NCBI GenBank assembly: GCA_000826855.1
Contig: JTLS01000029.1
Span: 1 to 41,361, forward strand
DNA from: Basidioascus undulatus
Taxonomy: Eukaryota
Length of the DNA stretch: 41,361 bases
Direction: 5' to 3'
The notes below the pieces were generated by a model. That model saw only the letters and a list, made by a program, of their open reading frames with translations. It had not been told where the DNA came from and did not search any database. Of this stretch, positions 37,630-41,361 are shown piece by piece. How positions within the stretch are numbered: position 1 is the first letter of the stretch; every line of letters starts with the position of its first letter. Both the position numbers and the translations under genes were made by a program.

Positions 37630-37789
37630 CCTGATGAGCTTGAAGTAGTACTAATAAGAGCGGGAGCTATGTTGCTTGATACACAATGCCATTTGTGAAC
37701 TGCCTTGTTGGGGATTGTCGAATCCAAGCTTTGATGTTTTGTTCTTCCCGAAGCTTTCATGCTGTAAGGAATTCAGGGGAGAAGATGAA

Positions 37790-39615
37790 TCACCCAAGCC
37801 AGCAAACAATGACCATGACAACAGCCAGCCCTACCCCGAACCTCCCCATCCCCGCACCCATCCTCCTAGCCCCACTCTCACTCCCAGCCGCAACTGCAGC
37901 AGCTTGCGCCACCAGCTCCGCATCAGGCATCTCCACCTCCCCACCGCCCTTGCGCTCGAGCTCGACGCGCGCCCAGCTGTCGCCCACAAAGTTGAACTGG
38001 AAGGGGTTCGTCTGGACGACATCGAAGTACGAGCCCGGGCTGCACTGGCCCCCGCCAGAGGGGCCGATGTAGGCGCACTGCAGGGAGCAGGGGTTGAGAT
38101 GAAGGGTCGAGAGGAATGGGGAGGACGGGGTGGCGTACGTGGACTTCGGGTCGGCTGGGGGTGCGGGCGTGAGTGGGAGGTAAAGTAAGGGGGAAGTGGA
38201 AAGGGGGACGCACAGGAAGAGCATCTCCTCTAGGAAAGAAAGGGAGCGTTAGTGTGTCAAAACGAAGCCGTTTCCGTTTACACGCAAGCTCGAAGCAAGA
38301 CTGCCAAAGCGAAACTCACTGTGAACGTATCGACACAGCGCTGTGTCCTGTCGCCCGTCGACTTTCAACGCTGCTTCCCCACTTTGGCTGCCCCTGGACA
38401 AGTGAACAACAAGTGAACAACCGCAACGTACCTCACCCAGCTCAAACGGGTCGCCCAGCACCTTATCCTCCTTCAGCACCCTCAAGCACTCCTCCGTGCT
38501 CTCATACTGCTGCAGGTCGCCGGTACAGAACTCCTCGTGCACAGCGCAGACAGACCGGGCTGCATGGGCCTGGAGGATTCGCTGGGTTGCGGGGTCGTGG
38601 TAGTCGTACAGTGGGTTGGTGAGGCTGGGTGGGGAGCGCGTCGGGGAAGGTGCGGAGGTGGTTCCTGTCGTGGTGGTCGAGATGTATCTGTAGGAGGTTC
38701 GCGTGGAGGTGGGTGACGGGGGATGCTTGTGGTGGTTGCGGTCGGGGAATATGACAATGTTCGGAGGGTACTGCGGCTGCTCGGGCGGGAGCGGAAGCCC
38801 TTCTTCTCGCGCCAGCGCGGGGAGAAGCGCGCTCGTTGCGAGGGGGAAGGCCTGCGCGAATCGGCGGAGGACGAAGTCGTACTGTTCCCCGCCCTCGAAA
38901 CGACATCAGCCCTCAAGTGCGTTCTTTTAAAGGCTTAAAGGACCGGCGTACCTGCTGTATCCGGCCTTGACCGTCGATCCTCACCAGCCCATCGGCCTGA
39001 ATAGGCAGCGTCAAGCTTGCGTTGGACCATTCTGCCGCATGAAACATGTAAGGACAGCGAGCTATATAGTGAGTTGAACCATGGCTGCGCACCATACTCG
39101 ATGATGACTCCGAACGAGGCCACAGCGCCGTCAATTGGCGAGCGAGACGAGGGTGCTGTTGAGCGGAAAGGGAGGAGCGAGATGGACGTGTTCGCTGCTT
39201 GACCGAGCGAGGCAAACAGCCCGAAGAGGTACTCGGTGTTGAGCTCCGCGCCGACGAAGAAGGACGTGATGTCCAGCCTGGAGCACAGGTCGGATAGGAC
39301 ATTCAGCCTCTGCGCTGGGAAACAAGCGAAATGGGGATTGAGTGGGACTCGGAGACGCACCGGCCAACCACGTCGGGTGTGAACAGAGAAGAGTTGATCA
39401 TCCTCGCCTGCTCCGCTGCATCGTCCTTCATGGTTTAGCGACCTCTACGCCGCAGCGAATGTTAAAGATAACACACCATTATTAGGAAACAAGTAAGCTT
39501 GATTCAGGGCGAGGATCGCCTGGAGCGTGAGCTGATCTTGCGCACTCTGCGCTGCGACGGTTGAAAAGTAAAGGTGTGCAGGGGCGAGGTATCGGAGAAG
39601 TCGAATGGCCAGCAT
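37790..39615 (-). CDS. Uncharacterised secreted fungal protein with a probable GPI-anchor signal
   Basis: Exons give FPNNAEQARMINSSLFTPDVVGR|LDITSFFVGAELNTEYLFGLF...YDFVLRRF...SVCAVHEEFCTGDLQQYESTEEC...TALCRYVH...CAYIGPSGGGQC, which I recall from a widespread fungal hypothetical family; hydrophobic C-terminus FGVGLAVVMVIVCWLG. Confidence 0.75.
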
Positions 39616-40510
39616 CGCATGAACAACAAATCGAATGGGATTAGAGAGCGTGTAAGCGGTAAGTTGAGTGGAAGTGGAGGAGTGCGGGAAGGAGAGAAGG
39701 CTAGCTGAAAACTTCTCGCTTCTAGGACCGTGAAGGAAGAGCGCAATCTGGTACGGCGGACGATTAAAGCGGAATTGGCGGCGGACTGGCGATCAGTGTG
39801 TGGGGACTGCCAGGGGCCGTTGCTAGGCAGGCAGGCGGCAGCGATCACTTCAGCCCCCAGAACTCGCGGAGGTACCTCAACCACTTTCGAGTATAGCGGA
39901 AAAGAGTATGGAAGCTTGCTGGACAGATCATTTCAGCCAGCATGCGGACAATGCGGTCGAACTCTTTGCAGCACCTGCGGAAATCCCGAGCGAGAAACAG
40001 TGTGTACCGACCAGCCCGCTCTGTCCATCGATCCACTTATCACCAGAGGATTAACAAGCCACCGCTTGTCTCGTCCCACACAGTCCTTCGCAATTCCGGC
40101 AGCGCGCTGCAGATTTCCTCCGCCGAGCGAGCCTCTCCGCGATTTCGACACCAAGGCTGGTTTGAATTTGAGCATGTTTACAGTTCCCGACCAAGAGGGA
40201 CGGAATTGAGAATGGATTGGCAGAGACGCGCGAACAGTCGGAGCGCGGAGGGCAGCCGGACTGCGGCTGGAGAGTACGAAGGAGGTCTGGCTGGGAGGAT
40301 CACATTGGTGAAGCCGACCGGGTAGGGCTAGTGTTTCAGCTTTCCTGATAAGCTCGTCCTGATCGTTGGCAGACACGTCAGCGCATACGGATGGTTGGGA
40401 AGACATGAGGCGAGAGGCATCTCAGTAGGTTGTACAGTCGCAGCGATTTTCCTCTTTGAATACTTTGGGTCTCTCGAGGCTGAGCGCAGCGTGTACTAGA
40501 CGTTCGCTTT

Positions 40511-41361
40511 TCATCTTCCTTGAGACCTATGGGAGTTCGAGAAAGACAACTTGGCAGCAAGGACGTTTCCGTTCCGTGCTTGATCTGAGGAAGGACCGTC
40601 TTGCACGAACTCAGCGTTGTTGATCCCAGTCCAGCCCCTTCCATTCGCAATGGTCTCCACGGTACTCCCACAGCTTTCAACCAGTATCGTCTTCAGCCTC
40701 CCGCGGACCTCCAGGTCATACGGACGCGCCTTTCCTCTTCCCCGCTCGACAATGCCCCCCAAGCGCAGGCGCCCCTCTGACACGAGACCGTGACCATCTT
40801 CGGGATGTGCCGGACGCATTCCGCCGCTTGGGAGCTTGCCCAGAAGCACGGAGAGGGGAGTGATTTTCGACGTGGCAGGACGGGGGAAGGTCGTCTACCG
40901 GACGCAGAGCGAGGAGGGCGTGAAGGTGGAGAAGTGGAAGTTGGTTGCGGGGAAAGTGAGTGTTGTCCATATTCAAATGTCGGATGGGATTGAAGCAGGC
41001 GGTGAGTGCGAGCGCCGCGGACGCCTCCGCGCCGACGCCGCACTACGCATACCTCGTCCACCTCCGCAAAGAGGACCGCTACGGGACGAAGCATCAGAGA
41101 CTCTGGTGGGCGATTTTTCGCGGCGCAGGAGCTGTGCGCGAAGAAGCTCCCCAAGGACGCGGGGCGGCTGCAGGTCGCGCAGCGAGCGCTCGCGAATGAG
41201 GGCGGCGTCGACCGCGTGTGTGAAGGGGCAGAGGGGGTTCAAGGGCAATACGCATACGGGGTCGGTGAGACGTTAGACGGTGGCGGATTGGGAGGAGGGG
41301 AAGAAGGAGGGGGAGGAGAGGGAGGGGAAGGGGAGGAGGGGGGCGCACCCAGCCTGCAGAG
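40511..41361 (-). CDS. Probable 3' part of a spliced gene entering from beyond the window; product unknown
   Basis: Consensus splice signals (GTGCGC with pyrimidine tract near 41348; micro-exon VLFAEVDE flanked by cgtag/GTATGC; acceptor ccggtag near 40895) and an open exon to TGA at 40511. Confidence 0.3.

Overview
Intron-rich, GC-rich fungal nuclear DNA, most likely a basidiomycete (short GT-AG introns, CTGAC/CTAAC branch points, very high GC3 in core genes). Core genes: cytosolic seryl-tRNA synthetase (2252-4852 -), mannose-1-phosphate guanylyltransferase (5779-7830 -) and Rad6/Ubc2 (18753-19668 -). A Cof-type HAD-IIB phosphatase (24887-26259 -) lies head-to-head with a GpsA-type NAD(P)H glycerol-3-phosphate dehydrogenase (28122-30037 +); together they could form a two-gene DHAP->G3P->glycerol module. 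There are four tRNA genes (His, Ile x2, Trp), four F-box-like genes or pseudogenes, a membrane-anchored germin/spherulin cupin, a micro-exon-rich His-brace LPMO-like gene and a secreted, probably GPI-anchored protein. The main structural feature is a diverged inverted segmental duplication (about 10407-13355 + versus 35128-32440 -) of tRNA-Ile, an F-box-like gene and a cupin gene, with reciprocal gene loss. Exon structures were assembled by eye and family calls rest on remembered motifs, not database searches.
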